DNA of 64,000 bases, from NCBI RefSeq assembly GCF_009914755.1, contig NC_060938.1; one strand, given 5' to 3'. Below, piece after piece: positions 1 to 11,319 of the stretch (the stretch's first letter is position 1; each line of letters begins with the position of its first letter). The position numbers and the translations under genes are program-made. The notes beneath the pieces were generated by a model. The model did no database searches. It was not told the origin of the DNA and was given only the letters and a program-made list of their open reading frames with translations. This DNA comes from the human T2T-CHM13v2.0 reference genome, Homo sapiens.

Positions 1-49
1 CTCTTGTGCCCCCTGATCTTACGTCCTTCAGAGGTTGCAAAATGATCTT

Positions 50-740
50 TTTTTTTTAATAGTTTCCAAAAGTCTTAACTTGGTCAACCTCCAACTGAAA
101 ATTCCAAAGTCTTATCCGAGTCTTAAGGCAATTTCCCTCCAGCTATGAGCTGGCAAAATGTTTTAAAGAGTTATTTACTTCCAACATGCAAGACTGCCAC
201 AGATATTGGTTAAATATTGTTAATACAAAAGGAAAAAAATGTCCAAAGGAATGGCCAATAGGCCCCCCACACACCTAAAGCCTGTCTGGGCAGATATTAA
301 ATCTTAAAGCTACAAAATAATCTCGCTTCACTTGATGTACTTCAACCAGGGCACCCTGGGTTGAAGGAGTCCCAGAAACCTCAGGCTTTTCATCCTTATA
401 GCTGAGCACAGCTTATTGGCCTGCATTCATAGGTTAGAGTCGAGTACCAGAAGTTTTTCCAGGCTGAGAGTGCAAGCTGCCTTTGGTTCTACCATTCAGG
501 GACCTTGAGGGTCGTGGCCACATTCCCACAGCTTTAGTGTAAAATGCCCTAGTGGGGATTGTGAATTGGGGCTCCAACCCTCTCTTTCCCCATCTTTGGC
601 ACTGTCCTAGTAGAGGCTGTCTGTGGTGGCTGCACTGCTGCAGCCGGCCTCCTGCTGGGCCTGCAGGGCCCTCTACATATCCTCTGAAATCTAAGTCGAA
701 GCTGCCCAGCCTCCTTCACTTTTGCATTCTGTATATCTGA
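50..740 (-). mobile_element. MaLR (MST/THE1-type) internal sequence fragment
   Basis: Degenerate match to recalled MaLR-int motifs (aaagtcttaact...ccaaagtcttatc...gagttatttacttcc); boundaries approximate. Confidence 0.55.
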
Positions 741-744
741 CAGA

Positions 745-2375
745 ATCCAGTTATCCCAGCACCGTTTAGTGAATACAGAGTTTTATCCCCATTGCTTGTT
801 TTCGTCAGCCTTATCAAATATCAGATGGTTTATGTGTGCAGGTTTATTTCTGTTTTCTCTCTTGTTCCATTTTTCTGCATGTCTGCTCATGTACCACTTC
901 CAAGCTGTTTTGGTTACTGTGACTTTATGGTGTAGTTTAAAGTCAGGTATCATGTTGCCTCTGTCATGGTTCTTTCTGCTTAGAATTGCTTTGGCTACTC
1001 AGGGGCTTTTTGGTTCCATATAACTTTTAGAATATATATACTTTTTTTTCTAATTCTGTGAAGAATGATGGTGATAGTTTTATGTGAATAGTATTGAATC
1101 TGTAAATTTCTATTGGCAGTATGACAATTTTTACAATATTGATTATTCCAATCATGAGCATGAAATGTTTTCCCATTTTTTGTGTCATTTATGACTTATT
1201 TCTGCTGTGTTTTGTCATTCATCTTGCAGGGATCTTCCATCTTATTTGTTATCTGTGTTCCCAGGCATTTCCTTTTCTTTGTGGATATTGTAAGTGGGAT
1301 AGAATTGTGTTCTTGATTTCACTCTCAGCTTGGATGTAGTTGGGGTACAGAAATGCTAGTGATTTTTGTACATTGATTTTGTATCCCGACACTTTACCAA
1401 AGTTGTTTATCTATTCTAGAATTATTTTGGCAGAGTCTTTAGAATTTTCTAGGTATAGAATTATATCATCAATTTGGACAGATACATTGACTTCTTTTCC
1501 TATTTTGATTCTGTATTAGTCCATTCGCACACTCTAAAGAAACACCTGAGACTGTGTAATGTATAAAGGTTTTTAATTGTCTTATGGTTCTGCAGGCTGT
1601 ACAGGAATTATGGCTCTTGGGGGGGCCTCAGGAACATGACAATCATGACAGAAAGGGAAGCATCATGTCTTACAGGGCAGGAGCAGGAGGAAGAGAGAGG
1701 AGGGAGATGACACATACTTTGAAACCAGATCTCCTGAGGACCATCACGAGAGCAGCACAAGAGACGGAGACCCATCCTCATGATAGAATCACCCTTCACC
1801 AGACCCCAGCCCCAACCCTGGGAATTACAATTTGACATGAAATTTGAATGGGGCACTAGTACAAACCATATCGGCTGCGTTTTATTTTCGCTATTGCCTG
1901 GTTGCCCTGACTAGGATTTTCAGTGCTATGTTCAATAGGAGTGGTGAGAGGGCATCCTTGTCTTGTTCCAATTCTCATGGGGTTTGAGCTTTTGCTCACT
2001 CAGTATAATGTTGACTGTGGGTTGGTCATAGATGGCTCTTATTATTTTGAGGTATGTTTTTTGATGCCTAGTTTGCTGAGGGTTTTTATTATGAGTGAGT
2101 GTTGGAGCATATCAAAAGCTTTCTCAGCATCTATTGAGATAACATATGGTTTTTGCTTTTATTCTGCTTACACAATGAATCACAGTTATTGATTTGTGGA
2201 TGTTGAATGAACTTTGCATCCCAGGGTAAAGCCCACTTGATCATGATGTGTTACATTTTAAAGTGCTTCTGGATTCTATTTGCTAATATTTTGTTGAGAA
2301 CTTTTAGGTCTATGTTCATCACGAATATTCATCTAATATTTTCTTTTTTAATTATGTCTCTTCCTGATTTTGTAT
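745..2375 (-). mobile_element. Old L1 ORF2-region fragment, interrupted by an MST LTR
   Basis: Antisense L1 ORF2 tracts (ccagttatcccagcaccgttt, gtattgaatctgtaaatt, ggagtggtgagagggcatccttgtcttgttcc). Confidence 0.8.
1512..1873 (-). mobile_element. MST-type MaLR solo LTR
   Basis: Starts tgtattagtcc and ends caaaccatatc, the reverse complement of the MST termini TGATATGGTTTG...GACTAATACA. Confidence 0.75.
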
Positions 2376-3400
2376 GCCAAAAAGACACAGTGAAGAAAGA
2401 CAGTCTCCTCAATAAATGATGTATAACTGGACATCCATATGCAGAAGAAATAAAATTAGACCTTCTCTCACACCATGTACAAAAATCAACTAAAAATGAG
2501 CAAAACCTGAAACCACAAACTCATAGACAGCATGGAAAAACTTCCTGTCATTGATTCAGAAATGATTTATTTGAATTTAATACCAAAAGCACAGGAAAAA
2601 AAACTATGTGCAAATTACAAACGACCTGATAAAAGGGAAAAAACCTGGATAGACTTTTTTTCAGAAAACCCACTCATGAAAAACAGAGCCTAAAAAGGTT
2701 CCCAACATTACTAATTTTCAGAGAAATTCAAATCTAAAGCACGATGAAATATTGCCTCAAACCACTTAAAATGACTATTATCAGCAAGACAAAATATAAC
2801 AAGTGTTCACAAGAATGTTGGGAAAGGAAATCATGATATGGTGTGGTAGGACTTGTTACTCAATAAATTGAAAAATAAAGTTATCGTACGATCTGGTGAT
2901 CCCACTTCTTGTTATATATTCAAATGAAATAAAATTATTATGTTAAACACATGTTCACTGCCAGATTATTTATAATAGTGTAGATTTGTGAAAGAGTTTA
3001 ATGACCATAGATTAAAGAATGTTTAAAGAAAATGTGTACACATAAAACTGAATTTTATTTAGCTTTGAAAAGAAGGAAGTTCTGGCTTTTGCAACATGGA
3101 TGGGCCTGGAGGACATGACGCTGAGTGGAATAAGCCAGATGCAGAAAGACAAATGCTGCATGATCTCATTTACGTGTGGGATCTGAAATATTCAAGCTCT
3201 TGAAAGCAGAGAGTAGAATAGTGGGTCCCAGGACCTGGGAGGAGAGGGAAATTGGGTGAAGTTGGTCAGAGGGTACAGAGTTTCAGCTGTGCAGGGTGAA
3301 TGAGTTCTGGAGATCTAACCTACGCCAATTTTCCTGTATTTAATACTGTACTGTAAAAGTGATTTTTGCTAAAAGGGTAGATCTTAGGTGTTCTCATGAA
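2376..3400 (+). mobile_element. Old L1M 3' end, sense strand
   Basis: gacagtctcctcaataaatg, acatggatgggcctggaggac, gacaaatgctgcatgatctca; abrupt strand switch at ~2376. Confidence 0.75.
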
Positions 3401-3453
3401 ACACACACACACGCACACACTCACATGCAGTACATTTTTAAAATAATAAAATT

Positions 3454-3760
3454 GGCTGGGCGCTGTGGCTTGCATCTGTAATCCCAGCACTTTGGGAGGC
3501 CGAGGCGGACAGATCTCTTGAGGTCAGCTGTTCGAGGCCAGCCTGGCCAACGTGGCGAAACTCTGTCTTTACTAAAAGTACCAAAAAAAAAAAAAAATAG
3601 CGGGGTGTGGTGTTGAGCTCCTGTAATCCCAGCTACTCGGGAAGCTGAGGCAGGAGAATCCCTTGAATCCAGGGGTTGGAGGTTGCAGTGAGCTGAGATG
3701 GTGACATTGAACTCCAGCCTGGACGACAAGAGCAAAACTCTGTCTCAAAAATCAAACAAA
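3454..3760 (+). mobile_element. Alu (AluS-like)
   Basis: ggctgggcgctgtggct...tgtaatcccagcactttgggaggcc; dimeric with A-rich linker and tail. Confidence 0.93.
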
Positions 3761-3823
3761 AAATAGTGAGAAGATGAATATACAAATTACCTTAACCATG
3801 ATGAGCATTTCACAATGTGCATA

Positions 3824-4242
3824 TGATATGGTTTGGATCTGTGTCTTGGACCAAATCTCATGTTATATTATAATCCTCAGTCCTGGGGTGGGACCTGGTG
3901 GGAGATGACTGGGTCGTGGGGTGGGTCTTTCATGAGTGGTTCAGCACCGACTCCTGGTGCTGTTCTCACTACAGTGCCTGAGTTCTCACAAGATCTAGTT
4001 GTCTAACAGTGTGCAGTCCCCCCACACCCCGGTCCGCTTCCTGTGGCTTCCGCTCTGGCCATGTGACACACCTGCTCCCCTTTGTCTTCTGCCATGATCC
4101 TAACTTTCCTGACTCTCCCCAGAAGGAGAAGCCACTGCACTTCCTGTACAGCCTGCAGAACCGTGAGCCAATTAAACATATTTTTTTTCAAATTACTCAG
4201 TCTCAGGCATTTTTTATAGCAGTGTGAGAATGGACTAATACA
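3824..4242 (+). mobile_element. MST-type MaLR solo LTR
   Basis: Termini tgatatggtttggatctg...atggactaataca; internal cagcctgcagaaccgtgagccaattaaac. Confidence 0.8.
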
Positions 4243-5908
4243 ACATCAAAACGTCAAGTGGGGCACCTTAAACCTATACATTTTAAAAAATATTTTATTT
4301 TTACCTCAATAAAACTGAAAAAAATTAAACTTCCTCTTACAATAAAGAAAAACATACTTCATATTTTCTCAACAAAATTGAGACAACATAGATAGAAAAA
4401 CTTACACTAATGTATTTGTAACAGCTTTGCTTATAATATTCATATACTGGAAACAAATGTAAAATCCATCGACAACAAATAGATCAATATATTGTCATAT
4501 ATTTACTCAATGGACTGTCTCAGATATAAAATCTCTGTCCTTCCTCCCTCTCTCTCTCTCCATATATACATGAATACTTTGAGGTTTCATATCAGAGTCA
4601 GCCCATTAATTGAGTAAATGACACTATGATGATCTAATTTCATACATTAAATAGCATGAATTAACCTAAAAAATAGCAAAGTAGTCCCTTACCAAAAAAA
4701 GGTCTATAATGTTTGATTCCATTTATATAAAGCTCAAAACAGAAAAAAATGGATCTATGGTGTCAGAAATCAAAACACTTCCCCATGTAGGGGTTGACCG
4801 CAGGCACAGAGAAAGACGCATGTTGTGGGTATGGACTTGCTCTTTAGTCTACCTTAGGTGTTCGGGACAAGGGTATTCACATTTGCCAGAAACTCTCTAG
4901 TGACACATTTCAGATCTATAAATTTTTTCTTACATGTAAATTTTATCTCATAAAAACAAAAAATAAAAAAGTATAGAATAGGCTGTAATATGTTTGTTGG
5001 GAAAATTATTACCTTTATGTTGTTTTGAAAAACTAAAGCAAAGCATAATGAAATTAAATGTTTTGTGCTTATCTGGTACAACAGCATGTTGAGAAAACTG
5101 AACAGCACTGTAATCCTGAGGAGGTGGCCTGATCCAAAGAGAGGCATCAAATTAAAAAATATATAATTAAAATTTCATTGGAAATTGAGAAATTTTGGTT
5201 GTACCCCATATACTGATGGGGTACAAAGCTATGTTATGATTTATGAATGCAATGTGGAATAATTGAATCGAGCTAATTGACATATATATCACCTCAAATC
5301 TTCAAATCCTTATCATTTTTTGGTGACAAGAACATTTGAAATTTGTTCTTGGCTATTTTAAAATGACCAATTCACTATACTTAAGCTTACAAGTAGACAT
5401 CGATTTATGTAAACCATAGAGAAGGATTGAAATCAATTATGGATTACTCTAATTTATATTTAGTTCATCATTAAGTTTAATTCTTTTAATTTAATTCAAT
5501 TATTTTATTTAATTTATTATTTTATTATAATGTTAAATATAAATGACTACACATGTATGCATAGTTTCATGTATTCACACATATGTTTATAGATGTAAAT
5601 TAATGTTGCATAGCTATGTAGTTGCTGATATCAACAGGTGTTAATAAAACTTTAGAGGAATAGGTGTAAATTACTAGGAAGAATTATTTCTTGAAGTTAT
5701 GTATTTTTAAAAAATACCCCTACATATAAATGTAAAAATTACTAAAACACAAATATCAATAAAAAACACATGATAAATAACCATAATAAAATAGTGCAAC
5801 CTCATAAGGCTCCAGAGTCCTGCAAAAACAAACCCGCCTCCTGCAGCTGACAGGAAACCGCCCCCTGCACCTGCTCCTGGGACCTGTCCCGTCCTCAGTG
5901 GTTCCCGA

Positions 5909-5924
5909 CCGCCCCCTGGTGGCC
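5909..5924 (-). promoter_or_regulatory. CTCF motif just downstream of the IGHV3-72 RSS
   Basis: ccgccccctggtggcc reads GGCCACCAGGGGGCGG on -, a near-consensus CTCF core ~20 bp from the nonamer. Confidence 0.8.
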
Positions 5925-5943
5925 CCACGCGCCCCTGCAGGGA

Positions 5944-5982
5944 GGTTTGTGTCCGGGCTCACACTGACCTCCCCTCGCTGTG
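5944..5982 (-). other. 23-RSS of IGHV3-72 (CACAGCG - 23 bp - ACACAAACC)
   Basis: Heptamer 5976-5982, spacer 5953-5975, nonamer 5944-5952. Confidence 0.95.
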
Positions 5983-6444
5983 TCTCTAGCACAGTAATAC
6001 ACGGCCGTGTCCTCGGTTTTCAGGCTGTTCATTTGCAGATACAGTGAGTTCTTTGAATCATCTCTTGAGATGGTGAATCTGCCTTTCACAGACGCGGCGT
6101 ATTCTGTGGTGTAACTGTTAGCTTTGTTTCTAGTACGGCCAACCCACTCCAGCCCCTTCCCTGGAGCCTGGCGGACCCAGTCCATGTAGTGGTCACTGAA
6201 GGTGAATCCAGAGGCTGCACAGGAGAGTCTCAGGGACCCTCCAGGCTGGACCAAGCCTCCCCCAGACTCCACCAGCTGCACCTCACACTGGACACCTGCA
6301 AACACAGAGACACCCTGGTCAGAAACTGTCACACAAATCCACTGTTTCTCTCACTCACGTCCACTCACACTTAACATCTCTAGTTCTCCATAAATCACCT
6401 TGTAAAATAACAACAAGGAAAACCCAGCTCAGCCCAAACTCCAT
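5983..6444 (-). CDS. IGHV3-72: Ig heavy variable segment, intact (leader exon 6444-6399, V exon 6295-5983)
   Basis: [16 protein letters not shown]|[13 protein letters not shown]...DHYMDW...[19 protein letters not shown]...YYCAR; GT/AG intron; open frame. Confidence 0.97.
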
Positions 6445-6570
6445 GGTGAGTCCTCTGTGTTCAGTGCTGATCACCAAATGAAAACACCTGGGAATTCTGG
6501 GGCTGGGGCTCCGCTCTCAGAGCTGCAGGGTCAGGGCTGGGCTGGTTTTCATCAGCAGAGGGAGGACCCT

Positions 6571-6595
6571 ATTTGCATGTCTCCTACTATATAGC
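6571..6595 (-). promoter_or_regulatory. VH promoter octamer ATGCAAAT with adjacent TATA-like element
   Basis: atttgcat at 6571-6578, then ctactatatag. Confidence 0.9.
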
Positions 6596-7014
6596 AAGCT
6601 CTGGGGTGGGACGCCTGAGGAGAAGGCAGTGCCCAGAGCAGATGTGAGTGTCCTGGTAAGCATGGGCAGTAATCCTATCTCTCAGGAAATTGTAACTTCG
6701 GATTATGTGATTGTGCCTTGATAATCATTTAGCAATCATCATCTTATTTTATTTTTACATATTTGCAGAATATATTTAATGCAACCATCAATGTTACATT
6801 TGTAGAGAAGATAAATTACATACAGAACAGAGCAGTTGTGCAATGTGTTGAATATCACACATCTGGCCAGACTTAGCCCTATTATCCGTGCCTGTGCGTC
6901 TAAACACTGGAGGAGACTGCTCCCCTGAGACAGCTCCAGGGCCGTGTGGGACATGCCTAGAGAGGTTTTCAGGATGTCCCACCTGTCATAACAACTGTAT
7001 GTGATTTTGCTTCC

Positions 7015-7372
7015 CTAATGTTTGAGGCGGGGCCCGGTGGTTGTATCGTGGGTCCGGATTTATGAATAATGGTTAGCACGGTCCCCTTGCTATGATAGTA
7101 AATGAGTTCTCATGAGATTTGGTTGTTTAACAGTGTGTGGGACCTCCACCCTCACTCTTTCTTTGCTCCTGCTCCCACCATATAAAGTGGCTGCTCCCCT
7201 TTTGCCTTTCACTATCATTGTAAATTTCCTGAGGCCTCTCCAGAAGCTGAACAGATTTTTCATCATGCTTCCCATACAGCCAGCAGAATCATGAGTAAAT
7301 TAAACCTATTTTCTATGTGAATTACTCAGTTTCAGGTATTTCTTTCTAGCAATACGAGAACACACTAATAAA
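7015..7372 (+). mobile_element. MST/THE1-type MaLR LTR, 5'-degenerate
   Basis: gagttctcatgagatttggttgttt, ttcctgaggcctctccagaagc, attactcagtttcaggtatttc...cactaata. Confidence 0.65.
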
Positions 7373-8709
7373 GCGGACATCTCCCTCGTTTCACCAGGGT
7401 CCCTTGCAGTCTGCAACCACCCAGCTAAGGAGAGGGATGGTCCAATCTCCATGACTGACACCATCGAGGTGCTGCCTCAGGCCCAGATGGTTTGTGATGG
7501 ATGTCACTTTACTAATCTTGAGTTCAGGGAGTATAATGCCCTCCTCCCGCATGCCTCACAGATGAAGAAGCCACCCTGTGATCAACTCTCTCTTCTTCTG
7601 TCTGAACCCATTTCTAAGTGTCAGCAATTCCGCAGTGGTGGAATCCCACATTGTGGTGTGTTTCCTTATTTCAGGTGGGAAATGTCTCTGGGGCTCGCCT
7701 CTGCTGGTGCAGTTGGCCCATTTTTACCTTGGTGGTAGCCACCAGATGTGTAGAGAGGACAGGAACCCCCATGGGCTTACCCCAAACTTCATCCTCCTCC
7801 CCCTAGAACTCTTTATGGGAACTAGGTCTTAGGGTCCCATGACAGTTTAGTCATCACAGCCGTAACTAATTCATGTGATGGCCAGAAATCCTTCAAATGT
7901 GCTGCTCCACAAGCGGCGGTCCCCAATTTGCCATTCTGCTTCCACAGGCAGGACAGAAAGGTCTCTGATTAGTCTGAGCTAGTCTGGCATGTTTTTCTAG
8001 GAGTAGCTCTTCTTGTGACTGACACACTGTAGCATACACAGTGAGCACTGTCTCAGTGGCTTCTCAGAGTGCAGTCAGGAAGAACCACTCACCTGATAAT
8101 GCAACAGCCTGGACATCTGACTTTCACTTTGTAAGATGCACCCACTGAAGAGGTTCTTCCAGAACTTTTGGCATTGTGGCGGTATCCCCATACTCAGGCA
8201 CTGGGCCCCATCCATCATGGATAACGGCTGTTGGGCCCCACGTAGAAATTAACAGCCTGCCCAAGGTTTCTGCAGGGGTCTCCTCTTTTTAGATTCCATT
8301 GTCTGGGTGCTCATGAGATTTTTTTTGGACCTTTTACCAGGTTGACTGGATGTCACGCCAGACCAATATGGACTCCAATAGGACTGGCATCGTGTACAAC
8401 AGGCCAAACCAGTGAACAAGACATATAGTTTATTGAGGGCTTTCATATAGGGTGGTTCAGGAACAGCAGGCTGGACAAGAAAACTACAACCATTTGACAA
8501 AACTATGCAGCTTATGTAGTAATTTTTACTTAACACCCTCCACCTAGCAACTTTCATTTAACCCAAAAGAAAGAGCCTCAATCACCCCTAAATCCTGTGT
8601 TCCAAGGGATCGGTCAGGGGTTTGGATGTTATTCATAGATTAAAAAACAAGTCTCTGGGTCTGCCACTCCTGGATTCCTTAGCTTGGAACTTGAAACATA
8701 CATTTCTTT

Positions 8710-10145
8710 TTTCCTTTCTGATTATTCTGGCTAGGACTTTCAGTAATACGTCCAGTAGGAGTGGTGAAAGTGTGCATTCTTGCTCACGTTCTTCAGGAAT
8801 ATTTTTGCAACTTTTTCTCATTCCATATAATGTTGTTTTGTTATATGTGGCTTTTTTTTTTAGTTAAAGTCATTCATTTCTTCACTACCAAGTCCAGCAT
8901 ATTGAATAAATCAGTTGCATAGGTTTTTACTAAATTTAAGAAGATCCCTGTTCTATTGATTTATTTAAGAGTTTTTTGTTGGTTGTTGTATGTGGCTTTT
9001 ATAGTTTTGAGGTAGGTTTCTTTGATGCTAAGCTTGTTGAGGAATTTTTCATGAAGGGATATTGAATTTTATTGAATGACTTTTTTGCATTCATTGAGAT
9101 GGTCTTATGTTTTCTGTTTTTAATTATGTTATATGTTGAATCATATTTATTGATGTGTTTATTTTAGACAAGCTTTGCATCCCTGGAATAAAACCCAATT
9201 GGTCATGATGTATTATCTTTTATTGTGCTGTTGGTTTCAGCTAGCTAGTATTCTGTTTACTATTTTGTATCTATGTTCATTAGGGATATTTCCCTGTAGC
9301 TTTTTGTTGTTGTAGTTGTATCCTTGCCTGATTTTGGTATTAGGTGATACGAGTATTTTAGACAAAGGTGGGAAAGAATCTCTTCTCTTTAATCCTTTGG
9401 AATAGTTCCAGTAAGAATGGTACATCTGGTAAAATTAGACCTTGAATTTATCTGGTTCTGGGCTTTTGGGGTTGGGAGATTTTCAGTTTCTGATTCAGTC
9501 TTATTACTCGCATTGGTCTATTTAGGATTTCTTTTCCTTCCTGGTTCAATTTTGGGGGGTAGTTGAATATTTCCAGAAATTTATTGATTTCCTCTAGATT
9601 TTCTAGTTTGTGAGCATAGACATATTCAGTATGTCTTGATAATCTTTTGTATTTCCATTGGGTCAGTTATAATACCACCTTTATCATTTCTGCTTGTGCT
9701 AACTTGAATCTTCTGTCTTTTTTTTTTTGTTGACCTAGTTAGTGCTCTATCAATTGTGTTCATGTTTTAAAATAACCACATTTTGTTTTGTTGATTCCTT
9801 ATATTTTGCTTTTTTGTTTCAATATTTTTGAAATCTGCCATGATCTTTATTTATTTTCTTCTTCTAGCTCTGGGGTTGGTTTGTTCTAAAATATCTAGTT
9901 CCTTGAAGTAAATCAATAGATTGCTAGTTTATAATCTTTCTATTTTTTCATAGACATTTAGAACTATAAGCTCTTAGTACTGCTCTTCCTGTATCTCAGA
10001 GGGTTTGGTATGTTGTGGCTTCATTTTTCTTTGTATTTTTAAAAATTAATATCTTAATTTTATTGGTGAGCCAATGATTGGTCAAAATTGTGTTGTTTAA
10101 TTACCTCATATTTTCATAGTTTCAACAGTTTTTTTGCAATTGATT
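8710..10145 (-). mobile_element. Old L1 ORF2 fragment
   Basis: ORFs 8633-8821 and 9237-9425 resemble L1 ORF2 (LSPLLLDVLLKVLARIIRKEK). Confidence 0.8.
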
Positions 10146-10856
10146 TTTTTAATTTTATTTTTTTTATTACACTTTAAGTTTTAGGGTATGTGTGCACAAT
10201 GTGCAGGTTTGTTGCATATGTATATGTGTGCCATGTTGGTGTGCTGCACCCATTAACTCATCATTTAACATTAGGTATTTCTCCTAATGCTATCCCTCCC
10301 CACCGCCCCTCCAACCCCACAACAGGCCCCAGTGTGTGATGTTCCCCTTCCTGTGTCCATGTGCTCTCATTGTTCAATTCCCACCTATGAGTGAGAACAT
10401 GTGGTGTTTGGTTTTTTGTCCTTGCGATAGTTTGCTGAGAGTGATGGTTTCCAGCTTCATCCATGTCCCTACAAAGGACGTGAACTCATCATCTTTTATG
10501 GCTGCATAGTATTCCATGGTGTATATGTGCCACATTTTCTTAATCCAGTCTATCATTGTTGGACACTTGGGTTGGTTCCAAGTCTTTGCTATTGTGAATA
10601 GTGCTACAATAAACATACGTGTGCATGTGTCTTTATAGCAGCATGATTTATAATCCTTTGGGTATATACCCAGTCATGGGATGGTATATACTCAGTAATG
10701 GGATTGCTGGGTCAAATGATATTTCTAGTTCTAGATCCCTGAGGAATCGCCACACTGACTTCCACAATGGTTGAACTAGTTTACAGTCCCACCAACAGTG
10801 TAAAAGTGTTCCTATTTCTCCACATCCTCTCCAGCACCTGTTGTTTCCTGACTTTT
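10146..10856 (-). mobile_element. L1PA 3' fragment, 5'-truncated
   Basis: T-rich tail, L1PA 3' UTR and ORF2 C-terminus (MFIVALFTIAKTWNQPKCPTMIDWIKKMW). Confidence 0.92.
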
Positions 10857-11319
10857 AGATTTATTACATTACTGTGCAATAAATAACTAACATCTAGAAT
10901 CTAACAAGAACACAGACAACTCAGCAACAACAACAAATAAATAAATTACACCATTAAAATGTGGGCAAAAGACATCAACAGACATTTTGTGAAGAAGATA
11001 TTCAAATGGCCAAAAAGCATATGGAAATAAAAAGCTGAACAACATTAATCATTAGATAAATTAATATTAAAACAACAGTGAGACACAACTTTACATCAGT
11101 CAAAGTGCCTATTATTATGAAGTCAAAAAATTATAGATATGGATGAGAATTCAGAGAAAATGCATTTATACACTGTTGTTGGTAATGTAAATTAGTGCAA
11201 CCTATGTGAAAAAAATTGTAAAGGCTTATCAAGCAACTAAAATAGATCTATCGTTCAATCAGCAATCCCACTCCATGATATGTACCCCAGAAAATAAATC
11301 ACTGTTACAAAAAATGCCT

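Noticed and set aside
7380-8700. Possible LTR plus internal fragment with a CAG|GTGAGT donor on - near 8090
   Set aside because: I could not assign a family or boundaries by eye; it needs RepeatMasker/Dfam.
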